From Malacoraja senta (Eukaryota), in NCBI GenBank assembly GCA_038087875.1, contig CM075997.1:6822001-6886000 (forward strand): a stretch of 64,000 nt of DNA. The letters are read 5' to 3'. Position numbers and translations under genes: made by a program. Below the pieces are notes generated by a model. It was not told the origin of the DNA, did no database searches, and worked only from the letters and a program-made list of their open reading frames with translations. This document shows positions 12,546 through 24,802 of this stretch, in pieces (positions within the stretch are counted from its first letter, which is position 1; every line of letters starts with the position of its first letter).

Positions 12546-13118
12546 TGCAATGAATGAAATAAATGCAAATAAGTGACGATGGTAAAAGGAACAGGTTTTC
12601 TGTTCGTAGGGCGAAAATGAGTAACTACTGCGACTTGGGTGGCGGAGTGATAGAGAGAGGGAATGCCGGTGCGTCCTGAAGTGAGAGAAATGAATATTCA
12701 TACCACTGGGCAGTAAGCTGACAAAGCGAAATATGAGATGCTGTTCTTCCAATTTTCGTTTAGCCTCACTGACAAGGGAGGTGAACGAGGACAGAAAGGT
12801 CTCTGTAGGAATGGAAGGAGAATTGAGGTGTCCAGCAACCGGGAGATCAGGCTGGTTGAGGCGGGCTGAGTGAAGGTGCGAAGGTGAAGGTGTGAAGGTG
12901 AGTGAAGGTGTGCAGGTGCGAAACGATTGCTCAGTCTGCGTTTGGTCACGCCGATGAAAATGAGTCCTCATCTAGAACAACGGATACAGTAGATGAGGCT
13001 GGATGCGGTGCATGTGAACCTCTGCCGAACCTGAAGGACTGTCGGGCTCCCTGGACTGAGTCGAGATGCGAGGTAGAGCCACAGGTGTTGCAATGTTCTG
13101 CGGTTGCAGTGGAAGGTA
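12546..13118 (-). mobile_element. Penelope-like GIY-YIG fragment (duplicate of 15407-15979)
   Basis: FTCTASSLIYCIRCSR..PVAGHLNSPS..KRKLEEQHLIFRFVSLLPSGMN. Confidence 0.8.
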
Positions 13119-14074
13119 TAGAAACATAGAAACATAGAAAATAGGTAGAGGAGTATGCCATTCGGCCCTTCGAGCATGCAACACCATTCAATATGATCAT
13201 GGCTGATCATCCCTCAGTATCCTGTACCTGACTTCTCTCCACAACCCCTGATCCCATCAGACCCAAGGCCACATCTAACTCCCACTTAAATATAGCCATT
13301 GAACTGGCCTCAACTACTTTCTGTGGCAAAGAATTCCACAGATTCACCACTCTCTGTGTTACAAATTTATCATTCCTGTTAAGTGGAGGTACAAGTAGAC
13401 AAGGTGATGATAATACTCGTTCATACGTCAAGGCATTGAGTATAGATGTGATGACATCGTTGATACTGTAAAGCCGTTATTGAGCCTACACGTCGAGTGT
13501 TGTGCGCAGTTCTTTTCGCCCAACGGAAATAATAATGTATTTAATCTGGAAATGGCCAGAAAAAGATTCACAAGGATCTTGCCAAGACTGGAGCCTATTC
13601 GAAGAGGCTCCACCGTCTACGTTGTTATCCATCGAGCGCAGGCGAAGAAGGCTGATGTTCTGGAAGAATATAAAATCACTATCGACGCATATAAGGTGGA
13701 TTGTCCTTATTTTTAAGAGTAGAAAGTCCAGAGCTTAGGAGCAGAGCATTATGGCGAGAGGGCAAAGATTTACAGATGACCTGAGGGTCACATTTTTGCA
13801 CAGAGAATTTGGATACGTGGAACGAGATGTCAGAGGATGGTAAACAGTTCAAAAATATATATGTGGACGGATGCGTGGATTGAAAGTCCAATGAGATCTG
13901 AGTCAAACGCGCGTAAATGGGATTAGCGGATTTAGACATCATGGTCGACGTGGACGTTGCCCCGAAGAGCACGCTTCCGTTCTCTATGACCATGGTTCCT
14001 GACTCAGCAATGACAACACTGTCGTCGCGCCGAGGGCATGCTAATGATTTGAGTTGATCTACCTTGTGAGTCGG

Positions 14075-14315
14075 GCAGAGAGTGGTGAATCTCTGGAACT
14101 CTCTGCCACAGAGGGTAGTTGAGGCCAGTTTATTGGCTATATTTAAGAGGGAGTTAGATATGGCCCTTGTGGCTAAAGGGATCAGGGGGTATGGAGAGAA
14201 GGCAGGTACGGGATACTGAGTTGGATGATCAGCCATGATCATATTGAATGGCGGTGCAGGCTCGAAGGGCCGAATGGCCTACTCCTGCACCTATTTTCTA
14301 TGTATCTATGTATCT
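14075..14315 (+). mobile_element. Short CR1 3' end, present only in duplication copy 2
   Basis: QRVVNLWNSLP tail, 3'UTR and (ctatgtat)n; the empty site is at ~10460. Confidence 0.9.
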
Positions 14316-15979
14316 ATAAAACAACCGATGCAATTTTATCCCCCTGCTCATGTATTTACCCACGTATTCACACGCTCGTCATGACTCTTTGTGATTGTGC
14401 CACATCAACTGAGCATTGATCCTCAGGCGAAGATAGACACAAACAGCTGGACTAAATCAGCGGGACAGGCACCATCTCTGCAGAATAGGAGTGGGTAACG
14501 TTCCGTGTCCAGACCCTACTTCAGACTGGTTAGGGATAAGTGAAGCGAGAGATATAGACGGTGATGTGGAGAGATAAAGAACAATAGACAATAGGTGCAG
14601 GAGTAGGCCATTCGGCCCTTCGAGCCAGCACTGCCATTCAATGTGATCATGGCTGATCATCCCCAATCAGTACCCCGTTCCTGCCTTTTCCCCATGTCCC
14701 CTGACTCCGCTATCTATAAGAACCCTATCCAACTCTCTCTTGAACGCATCAAGAGAACCTGCCTCCATGCCCTCTGAGGCAGAGAATGCCACACACTCAC
14801 AACTCTATGTGAGAAAGAGTGTTTCCTCGTATCCGTTCTAAATGGCTTACCCCTGATTCTTAAACTGTGGCCCCTGGTTCTGGACTCCCCCAACATCTGG
14901 AACATGTTTACTGCCTCCAGCGTGTCCAAACCCTTAACAATCTTATATGTTTCAATAAGATATCCACTCATCCTTCTAAACTCCAGAGTGTACAAGCCCT
15001 GCTGCTTCATTCTCTCGGGATATGATAGTCTCGCCATCCCGGGAATTAACCTTGTAAACCTACGCGGCAGTCCCTCAATAGCAAGAATGTCCTTCCTCAA
15101 ATTAGGGGACCAAAACTGCACACAATACTCCAGGTGTGGTCTCACTAGGGCCCTGTACAACTGCAGAAGGACCTTTTTGCTCCTATACGCGACTCCTCTT
15201 GTTATAAAGGCCAACATGCCATTTGCTTTCTTCACTGCCTGCTCTACGTGCATGCTTACTTTCATAGACTGATAAACAAGGACCACCAGATCCCGCTGTA
15301 CTTCCCCTTTTCCCAACATGACGCCATTTAGATAGTAATCTGCCTTCCTATTTTTGCTACCAAAGTGGATAACCTCACATTTATCCACATTAAACGTCAT
15401 CTGCCCTGCAATGAATGAAATAAATGCAAATAAGTGACGATGATAAAAGGAACAGGTTTTCTGTTCGTAGGGCGAAAATGAGTAACTACTGCGACTTGGG
15501 TGGCGGAGTGATAGAGAGAGGGAATGCCGGTGCGTCCTGAAGTGAGAGAAATGAATATTCATACCACTGGGCAGTAAGCTGACAAAGCGAAATATGAGAT
15601 GCTGTTCTTCCAATTTTCGTTTAGCCTCACGGACAAGGGAGGTGAACGAGGACAGAAAGGTCTCTGTAGGAATTGAAGGAGAATTGAGGTGTCCAGCAAC
15701 CGGGAGATCAGGCTGGTTCAGGCGGGCTGAGTGAAGGTGCGAAGGTGAAGGTGTGAAGGTGAGTGAAGGTGTGCAGGTGCGAAACGATTGCTCAGTCTGC
15801 GTTTGGTCACGCCGATGAAAATGAGTCCTCATCTAGAACAACGGATACAGTAGATGAGGCTGGATGCGGTGCATGTGAACCTCTGCCGAACCTGAAGGAC
15901 TGTCGGGCTCCCTGGACAGAGTCGAGATGCGAGGTAGAGCCACAGGTGTTGCAATGTTCTGCGGTTGCAGTGGAAGGTA

Positions 15980-17692
15980 TAGAAACATAGAAACATATAA
16001 AATAGGTACAGGAGTATGCTATTCGGCCCTTCGAGCATGCAACACCATTCAATATGATCATGGCTGATCATCCCTCTGTATCCTGTACCTGCCTTCTCTC
16101 CACATCCCCTGATCCCATCAGACACAAGGCCACATCTAACTCCCACTTAAATATAGCCATTGAACTGGCCTCAACTACTTTCTGTGGCAAAGAATTCCAC
16201 AGATTCACCACTCTCTGTGTGAAAAAAAATTCTCATCTCGGTCCTAAAAGACTTCCCCCTTATCCTTAAACTGTGACCCCTTGTTGTGGACTTCCCCAAC
16301 ATCGGGAACAATCTTCTTGCATCTAGCCTGTCCAACCCCTTACGAATTTTGTAAGTTTCTATAAGACCCCCCCTCAATCTTCTAAATTCCAGAGCGTATA
16401 AGCCGCGTCTATCCAGTTTTTCTTCCTATGAAAGTCCTACCATCCAAGGAATCAGTCTGGTGAACCTTCTCTGTACTCCCTCTGTGGCAAGAAGGTATTT
16501 CCTCAGATTAGGAGACCAAAACTGTACGCAATAACCCAAGTGTCGTTTCACCATGGCCCTGTACAACTGCAGTAGAATCTCCCTACACCTATACGGAAAT
16601 CTTTTGCTATTAATGCTGGCATACCATTCGCCCTCTTCACTGCCTGCTGCACCTGCATGCCTACTTTAAATGACTGGTGTACCATGACACCCAGATCTCG
16701 TTGCATCTCGCCTTTTCCTAATCGGCCGCCATTCTGAAATAGTCTACTTTCGTGTTCTTGCCACCAAATAGGATAACCTCACATTTATCCACATTATACT
16801 GCATCTGCCACGCATTTGCCCACTCACCCAACCTATCCAAGTCACCTTGCAGCATCCTTGCATCCTCCTCACAGCTAAAACTGCCCCCCCGGCTTCGTGC
16901 CATCCGCAAACTTGGAGATGTTGCATTCAATTCCCTCGTCGAAATCATTAATATACATTGTAAATAGCTGGGGATCCCGGCACTGAGCCTTGCGGTACCC
17001 GACTAGTCACGGCCTGCCATTCTGAAAAGGACGCGTTTACTCCCACTCTTTGCTTCCTGTCTGCCAGCCAGTTCTCTATCCACATCAATACTGAACCCCC
17101 AATACCGTGTGCTTTAAGTTTGCATACTAATCTCTTATGTAGGACCTTGTCGAAAGCCTTCTGAAAGTCCAGATATAACACATCCACTGGTTCTCCCTCA
17201 TCCACTCTACTAGGCACATCCTGGAAAATTCTATAAGATTCGTCAGACATGATTTACCTTCCATAAATCCATGCTGACTTTGTCCAATGATTTCACCACT
17301 TTCCAAATGTGCTGCTATTCCATCTTTAATAACTGACTCTAGCATTTTCCCCACTACCGATGTTAGACTAACTGGCCTGTAATTCCCCGTTTTCTCTCTC
17401 CCTCCCTTTTGAAAAAGTGGGGTGACATTAGCTACCTTCCAATCCTCATGAACTTCTCCAGAATCAATTTTTTTTGAAAAGTTATCACTAATGCATCCAC
17501 TATTTCTGGGGCTACTTCCTTAAGCACTCTGGGATGCAGCCTATCTGGCCCTGGGGATTTATCGGCCTTTAATCCATTCAATTTACCTAACACCACTTCC
17601 CGACTAACCTGGATTTCACTCAGTTCCTCCATCTTATTTGACCCCCGGTCCCCTGCTATTTCCGGCAAATTATTTATGTCTTCCTTAGTGAA
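15980..17692 (-). mobile_element. CR1 LINE, 5'-truncated (RT domain to tail); its 3' 240 bp is duplicated at 13119-13359
   Basis: KSPGPDRLHPRVLKE, QHGFMEGKSCLTNL, YLDFQKAFDKV, VPQGSV; (atagaaac)n tail. Confidence 0.92.
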
Positions 17693-18327
17693 GTATCTGG
17701 GGAAAAGGGTGATTTGGGTGGGTAAGGGTGAGTTAACTATGAAGTTGCAGAGGGAACGGTCTCTGCGGAAGGCGGAAAGTGCTGCATATGTGACAATCTG
17801 GCTCGTAGTGGGATCCCGTTGGAGGTGGCTGAAATGCAGGAGCATTGTGTGTCGTATGCGACGGCTGATGGGGTGGAAGGTGGAAGGTAACGACCAGGTG
17901 GAGGAGGGGGGGGGGGCAAGGGCGGAGCTGCGAGATAGCGAAGTGACACGCGTGAGAGCATCTATGTTGGGAGAGGGAACCCCCCGTTTCCTAAAGAATG
18001 AGGAAATCTCGGATGTTCTGGTATGGAACACCTCATCTTGGGAGTAGAAGCGGCGTAGACAGAGGAATTGGGAGTAGCGGACAATGTATTTGAGGGAAGC
18101 AGGTTTGGAAGAAGTGTAGTCGAGATAGTTGTGGGAGTCTGTGGGTTTGTAATAAACGTCAGACGATATTCTATTTCCTGTGATGGAGATTGTGAGATCA
18201 GGAAAGGGGAGGGAGGTTTCGGAGATGGTCCAAATAAATTTAAAAGCAGGATGAAAATTGGAGGTGATGTAGATTAAGTCCATTAATTCTGCATTGGTGC
18301 AGGAGGTAGCACCAATGTGTGACGGAT

Positions 18328-18713
18328 AATTTGGTGGCCTGCACTCTGCTTGAAATGCTATGAAATTGCATTTGTTGGCCTGCACTCTGCTTGAAATGGA
18401 GTTTCAAGGACTAGCCGTGAGTGAACTGCCAGCCCACCAGCCCTGAGTGACTGATCTGCCAGCCCACCAGCCCTGAGTAACTGAGATGCCAGCCCACCAG
18501 CCCTGAGTGACTGAGCTGCCAGCTCAAGAATCCATTCATCCCACAATGTCCATACTAGCCCTCTGGAAACCAGTCCCTTCGGCCCACAACACCAATACTA
18601 GCGCTTCAGTAAGCCCCCGCCCCACTGGCCACCAATTTTTGAATTGGTGGAGAGGTAGAATATAGCGTTGGAGGACCAGCCCTCCCGTGTGAACATGGCC
18701 CCACTTAATCTAG
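18328..18713 (+). mobile_element. Helitron-like 3' fragment with 30-bp minisatellite
   Basis: Ends ccacttaatCTAG|T (18710-18713). About 3.5 copies of gccagcccaccagccctgagtgactgagct at 18425-18525. No subterminal hairpin is evident. Confidence 0.5.
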
Positions 18714-21127
18714 TATTTTATTAGAGATTAAGGCCTGGTGCTCATCTGTTGATCATGGTCGAAGGATAAGTGAGAGCAGGTGTCTCAGAGTTGTCGCCTG
18801 GCCTCAGCTCGGTCGAGGTTAGAGCACATGACTACCACGGTACCTCCCTTGTCGGCGGGATTTATTATAATTTCAGGGTTGCTGCAAGGTGAGTGGAGAG
18901 CTGTACGTTCAGATCGGGTGTGGTTAAAGTAGGGAAGGGGAGTGGAAATGTTGAGACGGTTGATGTCACTCCGGCAGTTGGAAAATAAGAGCTCTAGAGC
19001 GGGTAAAAGGCCGTTCTGGGGAGTCCGAGAGGAGGTGGACCGGTGGAGACGGGAGAAGGGGTCATCGCTGCGTGGTGAGGATTCCTTCCCGTAGGAAAAG
19101 GCGCGGAGGAGGAGGCTCTACATCGTGGCGGACCCGGAACTAGGCGGGTGGGGGCGGAGGGGACGAAGGTGAGGCCTCTGTTGAAGACAGACCATTCCAC
19201 ATAAGAAAGGGGGAGGATAGGGGGTGGTGAAGACACGACAAGTCGGGGGGTGGTGTCAGAGGAGGGCCGAGGTGTGGACTAAAGTCGAGGGCAGATCTGG
19301 TAGGCGAATGATGGGTATTCAGAGAGGAAGCGGGCGTGAGTTCTATTCTATGGGTGGGGTCTAGTTGGGGTAACCTGGTTAAAAGAGGGGGAAGGGGAAG
19401 ACCCATCACAACTGTGTTTCTCTGTAGAAAGGGGGAGCAGTAGGCCCAGCAGAGTCAGCCAACTTGGTGTGGGAGTCTGCATCGTGGAGGTTGTGGGCCT
19501 GATGCTGAGCCTGGAACTCGTGTGAGACGACGGCTCCGGCACGGTGGTGGGCGATGGAGAGGGGAGGGTCGGCGCAGTCGCTGGTTGAGGCCCGTGGGGG
19601 GCTGGAGTGGAGATACGGGTCGGGTCAACACGAAAAATCTGCCAGCCAAGATATTTTCCCCTTACAGTCAAGAAACGAGCTCACCCTTTCGTACATGTCC
19701 CACCGTCTCCAGGAAAGGTCAGTCGGACTGAGTGATGATTTGTGTCCTTGAGCGGGTTAAACGCTCATCTCCCGCTCCTTTGGAGGCACTCTACACATTC
19801 CGAGGTCGCTTGCAGGCAAGGGCCAACCGCGTACAGTATGAGTGCAAGCTTGCGGGGGACGATTGGCCGAGTGGACCGCTAGAGGCACTGCAGCGGCCTG
19901 GGGATTTACTATGTCGTGAGCCACTCGAGACGCAGAGTGCCCAGCGCGACTGTCGGATGTTGCCGACAGCGACACTGAGCGGCGGAGCAGTGGTGGAGGA
20001 CACATACAGCAAAGTCGGGAGAGGCTGATACTTCCTGCAGAGACCCGATGCCGCCGCCAGGACAACAGACCTTTAATGCCAATATAAGACTCTATATTCA
20101 CTGAATCTTCAAATTTTAAGCGCACAAGAGAGCGTTGGAAACAGGGCGAATCATTCAACCTTTTGTTGGCGACAATATAGGTTGCACTTTTGTACGTTTT
20201 AATTATTGATAAAAATGTATTTCATTATATTCTGGTACATGTCAGAATAAAGCACAATTTACCATTAACCATTAGAATATTAAATGTATGTCCCGACAAC
20301 GAGCCTTCAGCAACGTAACAATTTCACTCTGCTTTATTCAAAGATTCACCAGGTGGTGGCATTGGGATAAATCCAGAGGTTATAGCATTTGTGATACTCC
20401 GCTTTGAATAAATAGCTAGCTTCCTAAATGCAATTTGCTGGACCTAATTATTTATCTTTATTACAACTCTGTTAACCACATAATCAGTTGCCCTCTTCAT
20501 ACTGTCAACCAGGAGACTCATTGGCTCTCAAAGGAAAATTTATGTGCCCTCATTCACATATAAGTTCCTGATAATGTAATTCTCCCCGATTTATCTCTCC
20601 TCAGCTGGTCAGCAACCCAACTGCGGTGCCGACAGCTGGGTTTTCGCTGCTATTTTCTTGTCCAAGTCCATCGCCTTCTAGCAGTCTCCAAGGCGGTATA
20701 TCTGTTTCAGAGGGGGGTAACAAACGGGACTAAGCTAAATACCGTTCGGCTAAAGTTGGGTCACATCGTCTGTACCTCGAATGTGCTCAGGACGTTGCGA
20801 TTCCTCACCGATGATACTTCTATAAACGTCTTTGTTCTGTTTCCACCGAAACCTGATACATACCAGCTCAATTCGTATGACATCAATCTTTCATCGCTGA
20901 GTTCAGATTCACTAACTGCCACAGAATGATGCACACTGATGATGCAGGGAATAATGTTCCGTCGCTTTCCAAGGCAAGTCTGCCGATGTGACCACCACGT
21001 TATGGGTATTTAATTCATCGATCCAGTTTTGCGTACTTATGCAAAATCATATTACTGCGTTTTGTGGAACACATATGCTAGCGATGGTTAAGCAACTGCT
21101 CACGTGCATTTGTGATACCCTTAGAGA

Positions 21128-22088
21128 AACAATAGACAATAGACAATAGACAATAGACAATAGGTGCAAGAGTAGGCCATTTGGCCCTTCGCGCCAGCAC
21201 CGCCATTCAATGTGATTATGGCTGACCATCCCCAATCATTACCTTGTTCCTTCCTTCTCCCCATATCCCCTGACTCCGCCATCGTTAAGAGCCCTATCTA
21301 GCTCTCTTGAAAGCATCCAGAGAACCTGCCTCCACCGCCATCTGAGGCAGAGAATTCCACAGATTCACCACTCTCTGTGAGAAAATGTATTTCCTCGTCT
21401 CCGTTCTAAATGTCTTACTCCTTATTATTAAACTGTGGCTCCTGGTTCTGGACTCCCCCAACATCGGGAACATGTTTCCTGCCTCTAGTGTGTCCAAGCC
21501 CTTAACAATCTTATATGTTTCAATGAGATACCCTCTCATCCTTCCAAACTCCAGAGTGTACAAGCCCAGCTGCTACATTCTTTCAGCATATGACAGTCCC
21601 GCCATCCCGGGAATTAACCTTGTATACCTACTCTGCACTCTCTCAATAGCAGGAGTGTCCTTCCTCAAATTACGGGACAGAAACTGCACACAATACTCCA
21701 GGTGTGGTCTCACTAGGGCTCTGTACAACTCTAGAAGGACCTCTTTGCTCCTATATTCGATTCCCCTTGTTATAAAGGCCAACATGCCATTCGCTTTCTT
21801 CACTGCCTGCTGTACCTGCATGCTTACTTTCATAGACTGATGCACAAGGGCCTCCAGATCACGTTCTACTTCCCCTTTTCCCAACTTGACGCCATTTCGA
21901 TAGTAATCTGCCTTCCCGTTTTTGCTAACAAAGTGGATAACCTCAAATTTCTCCGCATTAAACTTCATCTGCCATGCAGCTGCCCACTCCCCAACCTGTC
22001 CAAGCCAACCTGCATTCTCATAGCATCCTCCGCACAGTTCACTCTGCCATCCAGCTTTGTGTCATCTAGAAATTTGCTAATGTTACTT
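21128..22088 (-). mobile_element. CR1 LINE 3' fragment directly downstream of the GPCR
   Basis: ORFs 21573-21968 and 21294-21563 encode the CR1 RT C-terminus; (acaatag)n tail. Confidence 0.92.
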
Positions 22089-22096
22089 TCTGGATA

Positions 22097-22102
22097 TTTA
22101 TT
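22097..22102 (-). terminator. Candidate polyadenylation signal (AATAAA) of the GPCR
   Basis: Plus-strand tttatt, about 27 nt downstream of the stop codon on the coding strand. Confidence 0.4.
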
Positions 22103-22128
22103 TCTGCACTCAACTAATTTGTTGCATG

Positions 22129-23027
22129 TTATTTACAAAGATGCCTATGCAACGTAAATAGATATTTCACACCATTCTTCAGTTCCTCTCTAAATTTCCT
22201 CTGCGACAGTGTATATATACATGTGTTGGTACAGGTACTGAGAAATTGTAACATAAATCCAAATTGTTGCAGGATGTATATCGCATTACTCACATATCTG
22301 TCCGTGTAAAAATAATTTTGCGTTTGCCAGTTCATAGAAGATATCACATAAGGTATCCACAATAATATGAAATTGGCAGATAGAGCGAACAACAAAATCA
22401 TGGACTTTCTCCGGTTTACCATCTCTGGATCCTTCTGATTTTCATTGTTGTTCCGCAGACCTTGGCGGATTCTGTTTGCCGCGATGATATGTCTGACTGT
22501 CAAACCGTTAAACAGTAAAAGTAAACTGATTGGTAATAACGGTGTTAGGATGCTGTCAAGTAACTCGTACGCTTTCCACACAGATGAAGTTGAGTATTCT
22601 GCTTTAAAAATGCAGCGCCATGGCACGTGATTGATAATAACGTACGGTTCTATTGCAAAGTAGAACGGAACACATCTCGCACAGCTCACTACTGCAACAA
22701 TAACTATCACGATAGTTGCAGTTCTTTGACTGCAATATCTTTTCTGCAGCTTTTGACAACAAATTGCGACAAAACGATCGAATGTGAAACCCACCGTGAG
22801 CCAAACTGAACAGTCCATTGTTGCAACCCTCAGGACAAGTGCCACGGAGCACACTGGAGTAATGAGCAAAGCATTGGAATACACATAGATATTATTCATC
22901 TGCTCCACTCCAGCAGCAATGACCACCACCGTCAGATCTGCCGCTGCCATTCCCACCAGGTATCGAGTGATGCATTTGGAGAGACCACATTTTCCACGAG
23001 AGAGAATAACGATCGCCATTAGATTAA
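22129..23027 (-). CDS. GPCR exon 2 (end of TM1 to stop)
   Basis: Track ORF 22129-23064. Its first 12 codons are the polypyrimidine tract and acceptor (tttcattttctttttgcag|TTAATCTAATG), so the exon starts at 23027. Confidence 0.92.
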
Positions 23028-24642
23028 CTGCAAAAAGAAAATGAAAATAAAGCGTTAGCTTCAAACTCGCTCAGTCCGATTGAATCTGTTTTGTCCCCGA
23101 GGAAGCGTGGCCCGTACTGTGCTGTACAGCTCCACTTCCCGACATCCCACTACAGTTGTTCAAATGCGTTGCAACGTCAAATCTGTTGCACACAGAGAAA
23201 CAACGAATTCGTAGCACCGAAATGTATTTGTCCATCAAAATCCCCAACAGTCTTTGAAAAGTACACGAAGCACATGTATAAAACGGCAATAGCCTTGTTT
23301 TTATCGTTAAAAAAATAGTGGCGATATGACAGAATATCCGGTGTTTTATTAAGAGGAAACACTGCAGGGAAAGAAGTGAAGTTCGCAAGAAGTGTACAAA
23401 TGAACTGCTTAGCTAACTGAATTAACATTCGAATAATCTTAGATCAACAGTGGAGTATTTGATATATTAAAAAAATCACCATGCTTACTGATTAAATTTT
23501 TTGAACATGTAACTGGGCATTTGCTATGTGTGAACTAACGAACCGCATTTTGCAAGGACAAAATCGGAAACATTCAGTGCCCGACACAACTTCAAACGTC
23601 GGTCTTCCGCTTCGCAGCTTGACGAGAGTTGCCGCTGTGCGGCGAAAAGATAATCCGACGTCTAACTTCTGTCAGACACGGCGCAATCGGTAAATTGGTT
23701 TGGTGTCAGAATTTAGATGATTGAGCCGCATAAACTAAGCCTGTGCAAAATGCTGCTAACAGCAGACACAATTTTCGAAAGCTGTGATGCTTTGGTGGGC
23801 ATCCCCCCTGCGGTAATTTGTCGATGTTGAAGAAGTTAATTTGAATCCTGTGTGCACTAAGTGAATTCATGCAGCGAAAATATTATTTTACATACGTTCA
23901 AGAAAATATCTATTGGATGGAATGTAATGAAACGCCTTTAATCATTAAAATCTATTCGGCACCTCTGAAATCCACGACGTACACCGGTGAGCGGTTGTTG
24001 GTATCAGTAATCGAGACGATGGGTGGAGGAAAACATGTGTTCATGGTTCGAACGGATGGCAATGGGAGAGGGTCTTTCGTCGGGTAATACAGATGACGAG
24101 TTTTAATCAGGCTTATAATAAACACCGAAAAAGAATCATCCACGCGAAAAACAATGAATCTTTCAGGTACACAGGGAGTTCTCAATTACTGCCTTATAAT
24201 GGAAATGACGTGTGAATCTCTGCAAGAACAGCGCGATGTTATGCACAGTACTTTCATGCCGTAGACGGGATGTATTGATACATACCAAGATAACCAGTGT
24301 TTACACAAACAATGCTTCAATTAATTAAAAGGTAAAATGCAGGTACTTATTCCAATATCGGTACTGACCGAATTGATGCGAGAGACAACGTTGAGCAGTA
24401 CAAAACAATACATATTGAAAAAAGCAGGAAAAGCTTGAACGCTGAAAATTATGTTAAAGAAGGCGCCGGATGAGCCGGCAAATTTAATGGGTGCCAAAGT
24501 ACATATTAGAATATTCACCAGGATCAACAAGATGAAGGAACAACATAATAGCATTTAGCTCCAGTATCTTACCAAGAATACCAACAGCTGCAAGCACAGG
24601 ATAGTAAATCCGTGCTATGTGGTAAATTGCCGGATATCCCAT
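22129..24642 (-). CDS. Two-exon class A (rhodopsin-like) orphan GPCR, GPR139/GPR142-like, 322 aa; join(complement 24573-24642, 22129-23027)
   Basis: Spliced product MGYPAIYHIARIYYPVLAAVGIL-V-NLMAIVILSRGKCGLSKC...HRHLCK*. Seven hydrophobic segments; TM2 MAAADL, TM3 FTFDRFVAIC, TM5 LTPLLP, TM6 FILLWIP, TM7 STCTNTCIY. Canonical GT-AG phase-1 intron 23028-24572; 70+899=969 nt, no internal stops. Confidence 0.9.
24573..24642 (-). CDS. GPCR exon 1 (N-terminus and first half of TM1)
   Basis: ATG at 24642, 23 codons plus 1 nt, then donor G|gtaaga. Phase matches exon 2 and completes TM1 (YYPVLAAVGILVN). Confidence 0.85.
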
Positions 24643-24718
24643 TTTCTGTATGAAGCAGCGATCATTTGTGCAGAACGTTCCAACTGTCGAGATATACCGG
24701 TGACTGGTTTATCAAACA

Positions 24719-24802
24719 CTTATATGACAAACTGAACGTCCACTGAGACCATTGCCGCGACATCCACTACGGCACCCCACCTCCTCCACACCGCCCTCCC
24801 CA
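24719..24802 (-). promoter_or_regulatory. Candidate GPCR proximal promoter (TATA-like CATATAAG plus G-rich GC-box-like tract)
   Basis: CATATAAG about 80 nt upstream of the ATG; GGGAGGGCGGTGTGGAGGAGGTGGGG a further ~50 nt upstream. Motif-only evidence. Confidence 0.3.

Larger units (their letters stand above)
9744..16220. repeat. Tandem segmental duplication: copy 1 9744-13359, copy 2 13358-16220 (ancestral unit ~2.6 kb)
   Basis: Colinear near-identity with offsets 3614 then 2861, e.g. ORFs 9814/13428 and 12902/15763. Confidence 0.95.
15407..20060 (-). mobile_element. Fragmented Penelope-like retroelement (GIY-YIG 15407-15979; RT C-terminal part 17691-18325; upstream part ~18725-20060)
   Basis: SNFHPAFKFIWTISETSLPFPDL..VYYKPTDSHNYLDYTS..YSQFLCLRR; SVFNRGLTFVP. 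Split by CR1 and Helitron insertions; the upstream boundary is approximate. Confidence 0.75.

Noticed and set aside
17432..18385. 317-aa ORF as a gene
   Set aside because: Accidental fusion of Helitron-like, Penelope RT and CR1 fragments.
18425..18525. CRISPR-like array
   Set aside because: Head-to-tail 30-bp units without unique spacers, eukaryotic context, no cas genes.
23028..23064. ORF-track start MKLTLYFHFLFA as the GPCR N-terminus
   Set aside because: Non-ATG start inside the intron's polypyrimidine tract; a phase-compatible exon 1 exists at 24573-24642.
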